64,000 nt of DNA from Nitrospirota bacterium. GTDB lineage: Bacteria > Nitrospirota > Nitrospiria > 2-01-FULL-66-17. A model generated the notes under the pieces. The model saw nothing but the letters and a program-made list of their open reading frames with translations. It was not told the origin of the DNA and searched no databases. The DNA lies in contig JBMOMD010000021.1 of the NCBI GenBank assembly GCA_049325295.1, positions 87,560 through 151,559 on the forward strand, written 5' to 3'. Below, in pieces: positions 27,072 through 36,443 of the stretch. Numbering within the stretch: the first letter of the stretch is position 1; every line of letters starts with the position of its first letter. Made by a program: the position numbers and the translations under genes.

Positions 27072-28154
27072 ATGGCCGACGCGAAGGGCGCGACCGTGAC
27101 TGATCGACCACTTGCCGTCATCGGCGCCGGGGCGTGGGGTACGGCGCTCGCGCACGTCGCGGCCACGGCGGGACGCCGCGTGCGGCTGTGGTGTTTTGAG
27201 CCGGACGTGGCCGACGGTATGACGCGGCAACGCGTCAACGCGCGATATTTACCCGGCATCGACCTGCCCGCTCTCATCGAACCCGTCACCGACCTGTCCG
27301 CGGCGGTCCAGCACGTCGCCGCGGTCCTTCTGGTGGTGCCGTCGCACGCGTTTCGGACGGTCTTCGCGAAGCTGGCGCCGGTCCTCCCGCCGGAGGTGCC
27401 GCTCGTGTCCGCGACCAAGGGTATCGAGGTGGACACCCTGTCGCTCATGACCGATGTGGTGCGCGAGCTGCTGCCCGCCGGGAGCCGCCATCCGGTGGCC
27501 GTGTTGTCCGGCCCGTCCTTCGCGGCCGAGGTCGCCAAGGGGTATCCCACCGCGGTTACCTTGGCGTGCCGGGACCCGCAGGCGGCGCGGACTCTCCAAG
27601 AGTTGCTCACCACCGAAACCTTCAAGCTCTTCACCACGCCCGACGTGATCGGGGTGCAGGTCGGCGGGGCGCTCAAGAACGTGATCGCGCTCGCGGCCGG
27701 AGGGTCGGACGGCCTGGGATTCGGCTCCAACACGCGCGCCGCGTTGATCACGCGAGGCCTGGCCGAACTCTCGCGCCTGGGCGTGGCCATGGGCGGCCAG
27801 CCGTGGACCTTCGCGGGGTTGTCCGGGTTGGGCGATCTGGTGCTGACCTGCACGGATCAACAGAGCCGCAATTTCACGGTGGGGTTTCGCATCGGCCGCG
27901 GGGAATCCTTGGACGCCATCACGCGCGGCGCGAGCACCGTGGCCGAAGGCGTTCGCACCGCGCGCGCCGCGTACGCGCTCTCGCGCAAATATCGCGTGTT
28001 GATGCCGATCGTGGAACAAATCTACGCCGTGCTGTATGAAGGCAAGGACCCCCGCAAAGCCGTCACCGACCTGATGGGACCCGCGGTCGGCGACGAGTCG
28101 TCTCGTCCGCCCGAACGCGGAGGCGGGTGGGGCGACCCCGCCGGCGGACGATGA
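27072..28154 (+). CDS. gpsA: NAD(P)H-dependent glycerol-3-phosphate dehydrogenase
   Basis: 'VIGAGAWGTALA', 'GALKNVIALAAG' and 'TCTDQQSRNFTVG' motifs. Confidence 0.9.
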   Translation: MADAKGATVTDRPLAVIGAGAWGTALAHVAATAGRRVRLWCFEPDVADGMTRQRVNARYLPGIDLPALIEPVTDLSAAVQHVAAVLLVVPSHAFRTVFAKLAPVLPPEVPLVSATKGIEVDTLSLMTDVVRELLPAGSRHPVAVLSGPSFAAEVAKGYPTAVTLACRDPQAARTLQELLTTETFKLFTTPDVIGVQVGGALKNVIALAAGGSDGLGFGSNTRAALITRGLAELSRLGVAMGGQPWTFAGLSGLGDLVLTCTDQQSRNFTVGFRIGRGESLDAITRGASTVAEGVRTARAAYALSRKYRVLMPIVEQIYAVLYEGKDPRKAVTDLMGPAVGDESSRPPERGGGWGDPAGGR

Positions 28155-29779
28155 TCGAGATCGAACGGGTGTTGCTCGAACTCGCCGGCGGGGTGAGCCT
28201 GTTGCGGTACGGCCTGCACCTGGCCGGAGAGGGTCTCCAGGCCTTGGCCGGCGCGCGCCTGCGCTACGCGCTGGCCTCGCTCACTAAAAACCGCGTGTTG
28301 GGGCTCGGGGCCGGCGCGCTGATCACCGCGATCCTACAGAGCAGCAGCGCGACCACCGTGATGCTGGTGGGCTTCACCGGATCGGGCCTGCTCACGCTCC
28401 GCCAGGCCGTGGCCGTGATCCTCGGCGCGGACGTGGGCACCACCGCCACGGTCCAATTGCTGGCGTTTCCCGTGACCGACTACGCGTTGGGGGTGATCGC
28501 GGTCGGGTTCTTGCTCTTTTTCTTCGGCCATCGCCAGCGGACCAAGACGCTCGGCACCGCGTTGTTGGGGTTCGGGCTGATTTTCCTCGGGCTGCGGCTG
28601 ATCGCCTCGGGCGCGGAACCCCTGCTGGACGCGCCGATGGTCGGTCACGCGTTTCTGGCGTTGGGGGACCACCCGGTCCTGGGGATCGCCATCTCGGCCG
28701 CGGTGACCGCGCTGTTGCACAGCAGCGCCGCCACCATCGGCATTGCGCTCGCATTGTCCGCGCAGGGCTTACTGACGCTGCACGGGGCGTTGCCCATCAT
28801 CCTGGGCGCGAACGTGGGCACGTGCGCGCCCGCGCTGATCTCCAGTCTGGGCGGGGTGCCGGAGGCCAAGCGGGTGGCGCTCGCCCACGCGTTGTTCAAG
28901 GTGGCGGGGGTGGTGCTGGTCTACCCGATCCTGCCGTGGTTCGAGCGTTGGGTGGGCCTGTCCGCGGCCAATCTCCCGCACCAGATCGCGAACGCGCACA
29001 CGTTATTTAATCTGGGCCTCGCGGTGGTGTTTTTGCCGTTCACGGTGCCGTTCGCGGGCGTGGTGGCGCGCCTGGTCAAGGAGCGGCCGCGCGCGGACGA
29101 GTGGGCCCGGCCCAAGTATCTGGACCCGCACGTGCTGGACGTGCCGTCGCTCGCGTTGAGCCAGGCCACGCGGGAAACGCTGCGCATGGCGGATCTGGTG
29201 CACGAGATGGTGAGCGACACCATCAAGGCGTTCGCGGACGGCGACCAGGAGTTGGTCGAGTCGATCGAACGCAAGGAAGATTGGGTGGACGCGCTCAACC
29301 GCGAGATCAAGCTCTATATCACCAAGTTGTCGGAAAAATCGCTCACCAAGGAACAACTCGACCGCGAGATGGTGCTGCTCGCGGTGATCAACGACCTGGA
29401 GAACATCGGGGACATCGTCGACAAGAATCTGATGGAATTGGCCAAGAAAAAACTGTATAAGGATCTGAGATTTTCGGACAGCGGCGTGCGGGAAATGATC
29501 GAACTGCACGCCTTGGTCGAGAAGAACTTCGAGCGGGTGATCGCGGCGTTCGCCAGCCAGGACGCGGAAGTGGCCAAGCAGGTGATCGAGGAGAAGGCGA
29601 GAATCAGTTACAAAGAGCGGCAACTCAAACAGGCGCACATTCATCGCCTGCACGCCGGGCTTCCGGAGTCGATCGAGACCAGCGCCATTCACCTGGATGT
29701 GCTGACCAATCTCAAGCGCATCAACTCCCACGTCACCAACATCGCGTACCCGCTGGTCGATCAACCCCAGGAGGGGTGA
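28151..29779 (+). CDS. Na+/phosphate cotransporter family protein with C-terminal PhoU-like repeats
   Basis: The internal ATG overlaps the gpsA stop (ATGA). Repeated 'QSSSATT'/'HSSAATI' Na/Pi motifs and a helical C-terminus ('DLENIGDIVDKN'). Confidence 0.8.
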   Translation: MIEIERVLLELAGGVSLLRYGLHLAGEGLQALAGARLRYALASLTKNRVLGLGAGALITAILQSSSATTVMLVGFTGSGLLTLRQAVAVILGADVGTTATVQLLAFPVTDYALGVIAVGFLLFFFGHRQRTKTLGTALLGFGLIFLGLRLIASGAEPLLDAPMVGHAFLALGDHPVLGIAISAAVTALLHSSAATIGIALALSAQGLLTLHGALPIILGANVGTCAPALISSLGGVPEAKRVALAHALFKVAGVVLVYPILPWFERWVGLSAANLPHQIANAHTLFNLGLAVVFLPFTVPFAGVVARLVKERPRADEWARPKYLDPHVLDVPSLALSQATRETLRMADLVHEMVSDTIKAFADGDQELVESIERKEDWVDALNREIKLYITKLSEKSLTKEQLDREMVLLAVINDLENIGDIVDKNLMELAKKKLYKDLRFSDSGVREMIELHALVEKNFERVIAAFASQDAEVAKQVIEEKARISYKERQLKQAHIHRLHAGLPESIETSAIHLDVLTNLKRINSHVTNIAYPLVDQPQEG

Positions 29780-30585
29780 TGGACCGCGAGCGGTTGCGCG
29801 CGCTGCTGGACGCGGTGCGCGACGGCAAGTCCGACGTCGAGGACGCCTTGTCGGCGCTCCGGGATTTCCCGCACGAGGCGCTGGGGTTCGCGTCGCTGGA
29901 CCACCATCGGGATCTGCGGCAGGGGGTTCCGGAGGCCGTATTGTGCGAGGGCAAAACCGCGCGCCACGCCGCGACGATCGTGTCGCGATTGGCCGCGTCC
30001 GGGGCGCCGGTCATCGCCACGCGCGCGAACGCGGCCGCGGCGCGGGCGATCCGCAAGGCCGTGCCGCGCGCCCGGTATCATTCCCGGGCCCGAGTGGTGC
30101 TGGTGAATCCGCGGCCCCCGGCGGATTCCCACGGCGTGGTGGTGGTCACGGCGGGCACCGCGGACCTGCCGGTGGCGGAGGAGGCGGCGCTGACCGCGGG
30201 CGCGTTGGGCAGCGGCGCGTCGATCGTGTGCGACGTAGGCGTCGCGGGCGTCCACCGGTTGATCGATCAACTGGACCGGGTGCGGACCGCGCGGGTGGTG
30301 ATCGTGGTGGCGGGGATGGACGGCGCGTTGCCGAGCCTGGTGGGCGGTCTGGTGCCGCAACCGGTGATTGCGGTGCCGACGAGCCGAGGGTACGGGGCGC
30401 ATTTCGGCGGGGTGGCGCCGTTGCTGACCATGCTGAATTCGTGCGCCTCCGGCGTGGCGGTGATGAATATCGACAACGGATTCGGCGCGGGCGTGTTGGC
30501 GCACCGCATCGAGCGTTTGGCGCGCGCGCCGGAGCCGGCTGGCAAGGCCCGGGGGCGGGCGCGTCGACGGACACGACATGGATGA
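29779..30585 (+). CDS. larB: Nickel-pincer cofactor biosynthesis protein LarB (PurE-like carboxylase/hydrolase)
   Basis: 'LDHHRDLRQGVPEAVLCEGKT' and 'VVVVTAGTADLPVAEEA' with 'VVAGMDGALPS'. The ATG overlaps the upstream stop by 1 nt. Confidence 0.8.
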   Translation: MDRERLRALLDAVRDGKSDVEDALSALRDFPHEALGFASLDHHRDLRQGVPEAVLCEGKTARHAATIVSRLAASGAPVIATRANAAAARAIRKAVPRARYHSRARVVLVNPRPPADSHGVVVVTAGTADLPVAEEAALTAGALGSGASIVCDVGVAGVHRLIDQLDRVRTARVVIVVAGMDGALPSLVGGLVPQPVIAVPTSRGYGAHFGGVAPLLTMLNSCASGVAVMNIDNGFGAGVLAHRIERLARAPEPAGKARGRARRRTRHG

Positions 30586-30588
30586 GAG

Positions 30589-31989
30589 ATGAAAATCGCG
30601 TATTTTGATTGTTTTTCGGGGATCAGCGGCGACATGGTGTTGGGCGCGCTGATCGACGCGGGCCTGAGCCTCAAACGGCTGGAAGAGGCGCTCGCGCCGC
30701 TCAAACTTCCCGGGTATCGGTTGTCGGCCAAGACGGTCGAAAAAGCGGGCGTGCGGGCCACCAAGGTGGACGTGGTGGTGGACGACCGCAAGGTGCCGAT
30801 CAGGGACTACGGCCAGATGATCGCGGTGTTCCGCCAGGGGCGGTTGCCGCGGACCGCCGAAGCCACGGCGTTGGCCATTTTGGAGCGGCTGGCGCGCGCG
30901 GAAGCGGACGTACACGGCCGGAAGCTCTCGCAACTGCATTTTCACGAGCTGGGCGGCGTGGACACGCTGGTGGACATCGCGGGGGCGGTGCTCGGGTTGT
31001 CGTTGCTGGGCGTGGAGGAAGTCTACGCCTCGCCGCTGAACATCGGCGGCGGGCTGACGCGATCCGCGGCGTTCCCGATTCCGGCGCCGGCCACCGCCGC
31101 GTTGCTCACGGGCGTACCGGTGTATTCCTCGGGCATCGACCGCGAATTGACCACGCCCACCGGCGCGGCCATCATCGGCGCCCTGGCCAAGGGGTTCATT
31201 CCCTTCCCGTCGTGCCGGGTCGAGGCGATCGGCCACGGCGCGGGCGAGACCGAGCTGCCCGCGACCCCCAACGTGTTGCGGCTGTTCGTGGGGGATCGTC
31301 TGGCCGAGCGGGCGTGGGGCGAGGACCGCGTGGTGCAGATGGAGACCACGATCGACGACTTGAATCCCCAGATTTACGAGTACCTCATGGAGCGGCTCCA
31401 ACGCACCGGCGCGATCGAGGTCTACCTGACGCCGATCATCATGAAAAAGGGCCGGCCGGCCATCACCGTGACGGTGCTGACGCGCGCCGAACACACCGCG
31501 CGCCTGGCGCGGGTGCTCTTTGAAGAAACGTCCACCCTGGGCGTTCGGGTCCTCGACGCGAACCGCATTGTCCTGCCCCGTACGCTGCAGAGCGTCTCCA
31601 CCCCGTGGGGCCGCGTGCGCGTGAAGGCGACCCGACACGACGGACGCGAAGAACTGCGCGCCGAATACGACGACTGTCGCAATTTGGCGGAAACCAGCGG
31701 CCGTCCGTTGCGGACGGTGATGCAGGAAGTGTCGGCCTTGTTGCGCACGTTGGCGGGCGACGCGCCGTTGGAGCCGATCGCCGCGCCGCCCACGCTCCCG
31801 GAGGTGGTCAGCGACGGGGGCGTGGCGTGGGGCGAGCCGATCGAAGGGGACGCGCAAGCCGCGCCGACCGGCGAGGGGGCCGCCGACGGGCAACCGCCGC
31901 GCGCCGAAAGCGGCCGCCGTCGCCGATCCCGCCACCGCCGGCGTCGCGCGCGGCGCCCCAAGAAGTCGGACAACACGCCGCCGGCATGA
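30589..31989 (+). CDS. larC: Nickel insertion protein LarC (DUF111), with an Arg-rich C-terminal extension
   Basis: 'MKIAYFDCFSGISGDMVLGALIDAG' is the LarC N-terminal signature. The C-terminal ~60 aa are low-complexity ('GRRRRSRHRRRRARRPKK'). Confidence 0.8.
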   Translation: MKIAYFDCFSGISGDMVLGALIDAGLSLKRLEEALAPLKLPGYRLSAKTVEKAGVRATKVDVVVDDRKVPIRDYGQMIAVFRQGRLPRTAEATALAILERLARAEADVHGRKLSQLHFHELGGVDTLVDIAGAVLGLSLLGVEEVYASPLNIGGGLTRSAAFPIPAPATAALLTGVPVYSSGIDRELTTPTGAAIIGALAKGFIPFPSCRVEAIGHGAGETELPATPNVLRLFVGDRLAERAWGEDRVVQMETTIDDLNPQIYEYLMERLQRTGAIEVYLTPIIMKKGRPAITVTVLTRAEHTARLARVLFEETSTLGVRVLDANRIVLPRTLQSVSTPWGRVRVKATRHDGREELRAEYDDCRNLAETSGRPLRTVMQEVSALLRTLAGDAPLEPIAAPPTLPEVVSDGGVAWGEPIEGDAQAAPTGEGAADGQPPRAESGRRRRSRHRRRRARRPKKSDNTPPA

Positions 31990-32987
31990 CCCTCGCGATT
32001 CTCATTACCACCATGATCGTGGCGATCGCCGTGATTTTGGCGGGCAGCGCATTGTTCACCAACGGCGTGGAGTGGCTCGGCAAACGGCTGGGCGTGTCGG
32101 ACGGCGTGGTGGGGAGCGTGTTCGCCGGGGTCGGAACCGCGATGCCCGAAACCATGATTCCGATCATGGCAATCTTTTTCGGCGAGGGCGCGGATCGCGA
32201 GGCGATCGGCATCGGGGCGATTCTGGGTGCGCCGTTCATGTTGAGCACGCTCACGTTGCCCCTGTTGGGCGCGGGTCTGCTGGCGTTTGCCGCGTTGGGA
32301 CGGCGGCCCTGGATCTTCAAGCTCGACGCCGCGGCGGTGTCCATCGACCTGCGGTTCTTCCTGATCGCGTACACGCTGGCGGTGGGATCGACCATGATCC
32401 ACTCCAAAGCCGTACACGTGGCGGTGGCGATCGGCCTGATCGCCCTGTACGTGTTGTATCTGAAAACGATCGTGAGCCACGCCGGGGAGGGCCACGGCGA
32501 AGAGTTGGCGCCGCTCTATATCGCCCGGCGCAACCCCGAGCCCCCGATCGGGCTGATCGCGATCCAAGTGCTGGGCGGGTTGGGCGTCATTATCTGGGGC
32601 GCGCACCTGTTCGTGGGCACGGTGCAGTCGGTGGCCACGATGGCGGCGATTTCGCCGTTGTTGCTGTCGCTGTTGATCACGCCGGTGGCCACGGAATTGC
32701 CCGAAAAGCTCAACAGCCTCATCTGGATCGCCCAAAAAAAAGACACCCTGGCGGTCGGCAACATCACGGGCGCGATGGTGTTCCAGGGCACGTTCCCGGT
32801 GGCGGTGGGGTTGATCGGCACGCCGTGGCAACTGGACAACTACGGCATGGCGAGCGCGTGGATGGCGTTGATCGCGGGGGGCGCGCTCTACGCCACCATG
32901 GCGACGCGCGGCGCGTGGCGGCCGGCCTATCTGATGGCCGGGGCGGCGCTGTACGTGGCGTTCGGTGTGTACGTGGCCAACTGGTAG
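31986..32987 (+). CDS. Ca2+/cation antiporter (CaCA, sodium/calcium exchanger membrane region) family protein
   Basis: Starts 'MTLAILITTMIVAIAV', overlapping the larC stop (ATGA). Two alpha-repeat-like motifs are present ('GTAMPETM', 'ATELPEKL'). Confidence 0.75.
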   Translation: MTLAILITTMIVAIAVILAGSALFTNGVEWLGKRLGVSDGVVGSVFAGVGTAMPETMIPIMAIFFGEGADREAIGIGAILGAPFMLSTLTLPLLGAGLLAFAALGRRPWIFKLDAAAVSIDLRFFLIAYTLAVGSTMIHSKAVHVAVAIGLIALYVLYLKTIVSHAGEGHGEELAPLYIARRNPEPPIGLIAIQVLGGLGVIIWGAHLFVGTVQSVATMAAISPLLLSLLITPVATELPEKLNSLIWIAQKKDTLAVGNITGAMVFQGTFPVAVGLIGTPWQLDNYGMASAWMALIAGGALYATMATRGAWRPAYLMAGAALYVAFGVYVANW

Positions 32988-33049
32988 GCGGCGCGGCTCG
33001 CGTTCAGGGGTGACGGAGTGATACACTGGGTCGGCCGACGGAGCTGAAC

Positions 33050-34816
33050 GTGCGCGACAGCGTGCAAAGACGGATCGTCTTGTCGATCTTGATCGTCGGG
33101 GTGGCGTCCCTGCTCGTGGGCCTCTCCTTGGTCTACTTTGTCGGCAAGTCCACGCTCAAGCGGACCATCGGCGCCAATTTTCAAGAACTCGCCGACGTCA
33201 CGGCCAAAAAACTCGATGAACTGATCGATCACCACGTCGAACGGGCGGTGTTTTTGGCCGGTTTGAACGACGTGCTCGACGCGGTGCGACGGGCGAACGA
33301 CGAACCGGTCTCCCCGGCCGTTGACGTGCGTTTACAGGCCGTGTGGGCGCAGTTGGGCGCCTCGGATCGCGACGTGGCGCGGGTCGTGGACAACCCGGCG
33401 GCCAACGCGTTCCGCGCCATGACGCGGATGTCCGGCGATCCGGCGGCCGAACATCCGTCGCACGAGATCGTGATCGCGGCCGACGCGCACGGCCGCGTGG
33501 TGGCCGCGACGCGCAAACCGTCGGCGTATATCTTCACCGACGCCGTGTGGTGGCGGGAGGCGTACGCGAGCGGGCAAGGCCGCCTGTTTCTCAGCGACGT
33601 GTTGTTCGACGACGGGTTAGGCCGGTACGTCTTCATCATCGCCACGCCCATCCGCCGGGACGGCCGGGTCGAAGGGGTCTTGGCCATGGTGCACGACGCG
33701 CAGGCGTTCTATCAATGGGTCACGTCGATCCAGGTCGGGCGGACCGACCACACCATGTTGGTGGCGTCGGACGGGACGTTGTTGTTCTGCCCCGTGTTCC
33801 CGATCAAGAGCCATACGCTGCACCCCTCGTTGGTCGCGTCGATCGTCCAAGGGGGCCGGGGCTGGGGAACGACGCTCCACGACGTGCACTACCCGGGCTC
33901 GGAGGCGATCAACGGATTCGCGCCGGTGCGGGCGTCGACCTCGCCGGGGACGAATTTCGGCGGCAAGGCGTGGTACATCTTCACGAGCCAAGACCCCAAA
34001 GAGACGTACGGACCGGTCTACACGTTGCTGGGGTGGATCATCTTGTCCGGCGCGGCGGCCATCGGCCTGTTGCTCTTGTTGGGCTTGGCCGCGGCCAAAC
34101 GTATCGTCCGCCCGATCCGGATCGTGCAAACCGGTGCGCAGGCGATCGGCAACGGCAACCTGAACCATCGCATCCACGTCGACACCGACGATGAAATCGG
34201 CGCCCTCGCGCGGGGCATCAACGAGATGGCCGCCAAACTGTCCACGTCCTACAACGAGTTGGAGCGGATGGTGGAAGAGCGCACGCGGACCCTGGCGCAG
34301 CGCACGAGTCAACTCGAACAACGCAATCAAGAACTCTTTCTGCTGCACGCGATCGCCTCGTCCCTCAACAAGGCGCAATCGCTCGACGACGTGTTGGGCG
34401 AACTGCTGAACAAGGTGCTGGGGGGGGTGGAAGCGCACGCGGTGTTCATCGGTCTCGCCGAGCCGGGCCGCGGCGTCTTGTTGCACGGTCGCCCGCAATT
34501 CGTGGCGGCGCAGGATGACATGGCCCATCTCGCGGAGTCGGTGGTGCAACAAGTCTTGGGCGTCGGGGACCTGGTGGTGGTGCCCGATACCGGCGCCGAT
34601 CCCGGGTACCAGGCCTTTGCGCGGCAGGCCCGATCGCTGATCGGGATTCCCCTTCGCGCCAAGGAAAAGACGCTGGGCGCGATCGTGCTGGTGTACGTCA
34701 AGCCGCGCGTCCCGACCACGGAAGAGCGGGAGTTCCTCGCCTCGATCGGCCATCAGGCGGGCGTGGTGGTGGAGAATGCCCGGCTCTTTGGGCTCTTCAA
34801 GAATCTCGCCGGATAG
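33050..34816 (+). CDS. Membrane sensor protein: periplasmic Cache-like domain, HAMP, coiled coil, GAF; no recognisable output domain
   Basis: N-terminal TM, a second TM before HAMP ('IVRPIRIVQTGAQAIGNGNLNHRI..DEIGALARGINEMA'), and a GAF-like C-terminus ('LIGIPLRAKEKTLGAIVL'). No H-box, GGDEF or HD motif seen. Confidence 0.65.
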   Translation: MRDSVQRRIVLSILIVGVASLLVGLSLVYFVGKSTLKRTIGANFQELADVTAKKLDELIDHHVERAVFLAGLNDVLDAVRRANDEPVSPAVDVRLQAVWAQLGASDRDVARVVDNPAANAFRAMTRMSGDPAAEHPSHEIVIAADAHGRVVAATRKPSAYIFTDAVWWREAYASGQGRLFLSDVLFDDGLGRYVFIIATPIRRDGRVEGVLAMVHDAQAFYQWVTSIQVGRTDHTMLVASDGTLLFCPVFPIKSHTLHPSLVASIVQGGRGWGTTLHDVHYPGSEAINGFAPVRASTSPGTNFGGKAWYIFTSQDPKETYGPVYTLLGWIILSGAAAIGLLLLLGLAAAKRIVRPIRIVQTGAQAIGNGNLNHRIHVDTDDEIGALARGINEMAAKLSTSYNELERMVEERTRTLAQRTSQLEQRNQELFLLHAIASSLNKAQSLDDVLGELLNKVLGGVEAHAVFIGLAEPGRGVLLHGRPQFVAAQDDMAHLAESVVQQVLGVGDLVVVPDTGADPGYQAFARQARSLIGIPLRAKEKTLGAIVLVYVKPRVPTTEEREFLASIGHQAGVVVENARLFGLFKNLAG

Positions 34817-34939
34817 AGCCTGTCCATGAGCGGCCATCTGCGGCGTTGTCGCTGCGCTTCCGGTCCTCACGTACGACCCAGTACGCTCCGGTCCGGTGCT
34901 CGCTCCGCCTTGCATCTGGCGCGCTCCTGAACAGGCTCT
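34815..34939 (+). ncRNA. Unclassified structured intergenic element, copy B
   Basis: P1 34815-34823/34931-34939; P2 34828-34832/34922-34926; P3 34860-34866/34890-34896; P4 34870-34874/34881-34885. The invariant blocks are identical to copy A. Confidence 0.55.
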
Positions 34940-34971
34940 CCTTCCAGACGTCATTACGAGGAACACCAAGA

Positions 34972-35781
34972 ATGAAGGGAGACCTTCGTCCCCGCAAGTC
35001 GCTCGGGCAATGTTTTCTGACGGACCCGCGGATCGCGGAGAAGATTGTCGCGCTCGGTGATGTCGGTCCCTCGGATCGGGTGGTGGAAATCGGGCCCGGG
35101 CGCGGCATTCTCACCAGGCTGTTGGTCGAACGCGCGGCCGAGGTGACGGCGATCGAACTTGATCCGCGGTGGACCGCCGCGTTGCGTGAGGAATTCGCCG
35201 GAGTTGCCCGCCTGCGCGTTGAACAGGCCGACGCGTTGGCCTACCCGTTCGAACACCACGCGCCGGGCTTCAAGGTCATCGCGAATTTGCCCTATAACAT
35301 TTCCACGCCGATCCTCTTTCGTCTCCTGAGCCTTCGCGAGCGAATTGCCCTGATGGTCCTCATGCTGCAACGCGAGGTGGTGGATCGTTTGTTGGCGCGT
35401 CCCGGGACCAAGGCGTACGGCGCGCTCTCCCTGGCCGTGGCCTACGCCGCGGACGTCCGCAAGGGTTTTCCGGTGGCGGCGGGGAGCTTTTCCCCTCGCC
35501 CGGCCGTGGAGTCCGCGGTGGTGGTGATCACCCCGCGCGCCACGCCCGCCATTCTCGTGCGGGACGAGTCGATGCTGATGCGCGTGATCCGCGGCGCGTT
35601 TTCGCACCGGCGCAAGGTGTTGGCCAACGCGCTCACCGACGAGGGGTTTGAAAAACCCGCGCTCACCGCCGCGCTCGAACGGGCGGGGATCGATCCGGCG
35701 CGACGGGGCGAGACGTTGAGCCTGGAAGAGTTCGGCCGCGTGGCCGACGCACTCGTCGCTAGAACGTCAGCGTCAAGTTGA
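34972..35781 (+). CDS. rsmA: 16S rRNA (adenine1518/1519-N6)-dimethyltransferase
   Basis: Starts 'MKGDLRPRKSLGQCFLTD' and has 'EIGPGRGILT' and 'NLPYNISTPI' motifs. GAGGAA SD is present. Confidence 0.9.
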   Translation: MKGDLRPRKSLGQCFLTDPRIAEKIVALGDVGPSDRVVEIGPGRGILTRLLVERAAEVTAIELDPRWTAALREEFAGVARLRVEQADALAYPFEHHAPGFKVIANLPYNISTPILFRLLSLRERIALMVLMLQREVVDRLLARPGTKAYGALSLAVAYAADVRKGFPVAAGSFSPRPAVESAVVVITPRATPAILVRDESMLMRVIRGAFSHRRKVLANALTDEGFEKPALTAALERAGIDPARRGETLSLEEFGRVADALVARTSASS

Positions 35782-36391
35782 GCAGCGCGGAGCGCCGGTC
35801 GAAGCTGAACGAGGGGACCACGCGATCGGTGCCCGACGCCACGCGCCACGCGTTGGCCGCGAGTTGGGTCGCGGCCGCGGCCACGATCACGCCGCGTGAA
35901 AACCCGGTGGATTCCCGGATGCCGACCGGGTCATAAAACGCGTTTTCTTCCGGCGCGAGGTAGAACGCGTACAGGGTGTACCAGAAAAAATCCGTCCCGC
36001 TGAAAAAGAGCAACGCGCGGTTGTACGCGGTCGGGTGTCGTCGATATCCGTGCAACGCCAACTCAAAGGTGTAGCTGGCCGCGATCTCCCCGCCGAGCTG
36101 ATAGGTGAGCACGGCGTCTTCCGGCAAGCCGGACGCGGTGCTCAGTCCCAAAAAGTAGGAGCCGTTGTCCTCGCCGAAAAACTTGAGGGACGCGCTTTGC
36201 GCCCCGACGCCTTCCGCGATCAACACGTGTCCGGATTCGTGAACCGCGAGGTTGGTCACGAACGCCAGCCCGACCTCGATCGACTTGGTGAACCACGCGC
36301 CGTCGCCGGCCGCGGCCGGACGAGTCCCGGTCGCCGTGGCCACGAGGCCGACGGCGGCAACATGCATCCAGATCGTCCAACGTCGCGACAT
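35759..36391 (-). CDS. Secreted hypothetical protein with an HExxH motif and a C-terminal aromatic residue
   Basis: Signal peptide 'MSRRWTIWMHVAAVGLVATATG', 'AVHESGHVLIAEG', and an end 'LLNLTLTF' resembling an outer-membrane beta-signal. No family recognised. Confidence 0.5.
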   Translation of the reverse strand: MSRRWTIWMHVAAVGLVATATGTRPAAAGDGAWFTKSIEVGLAFVTNLAVHESGHVLIAEGVGAQSASLKFFGEDNGSYFLGLSTASGLPEDAVLTYQLGGEIAASYTFELALHGYRRHPTAYNRALLFFSGTDFFWYTLYAFYLAPEENAFYDPVGIRESTGFSRGVIVAAAATQLAANAWRVASGTDRVVPSFSFDRRSALLNLTLTF

Positions 36392-36443
36392 GTGCCATTG
36401 AAGATAACGCCCTTCTGGGATTTGTCCATTTCCGTTCAGGCAG

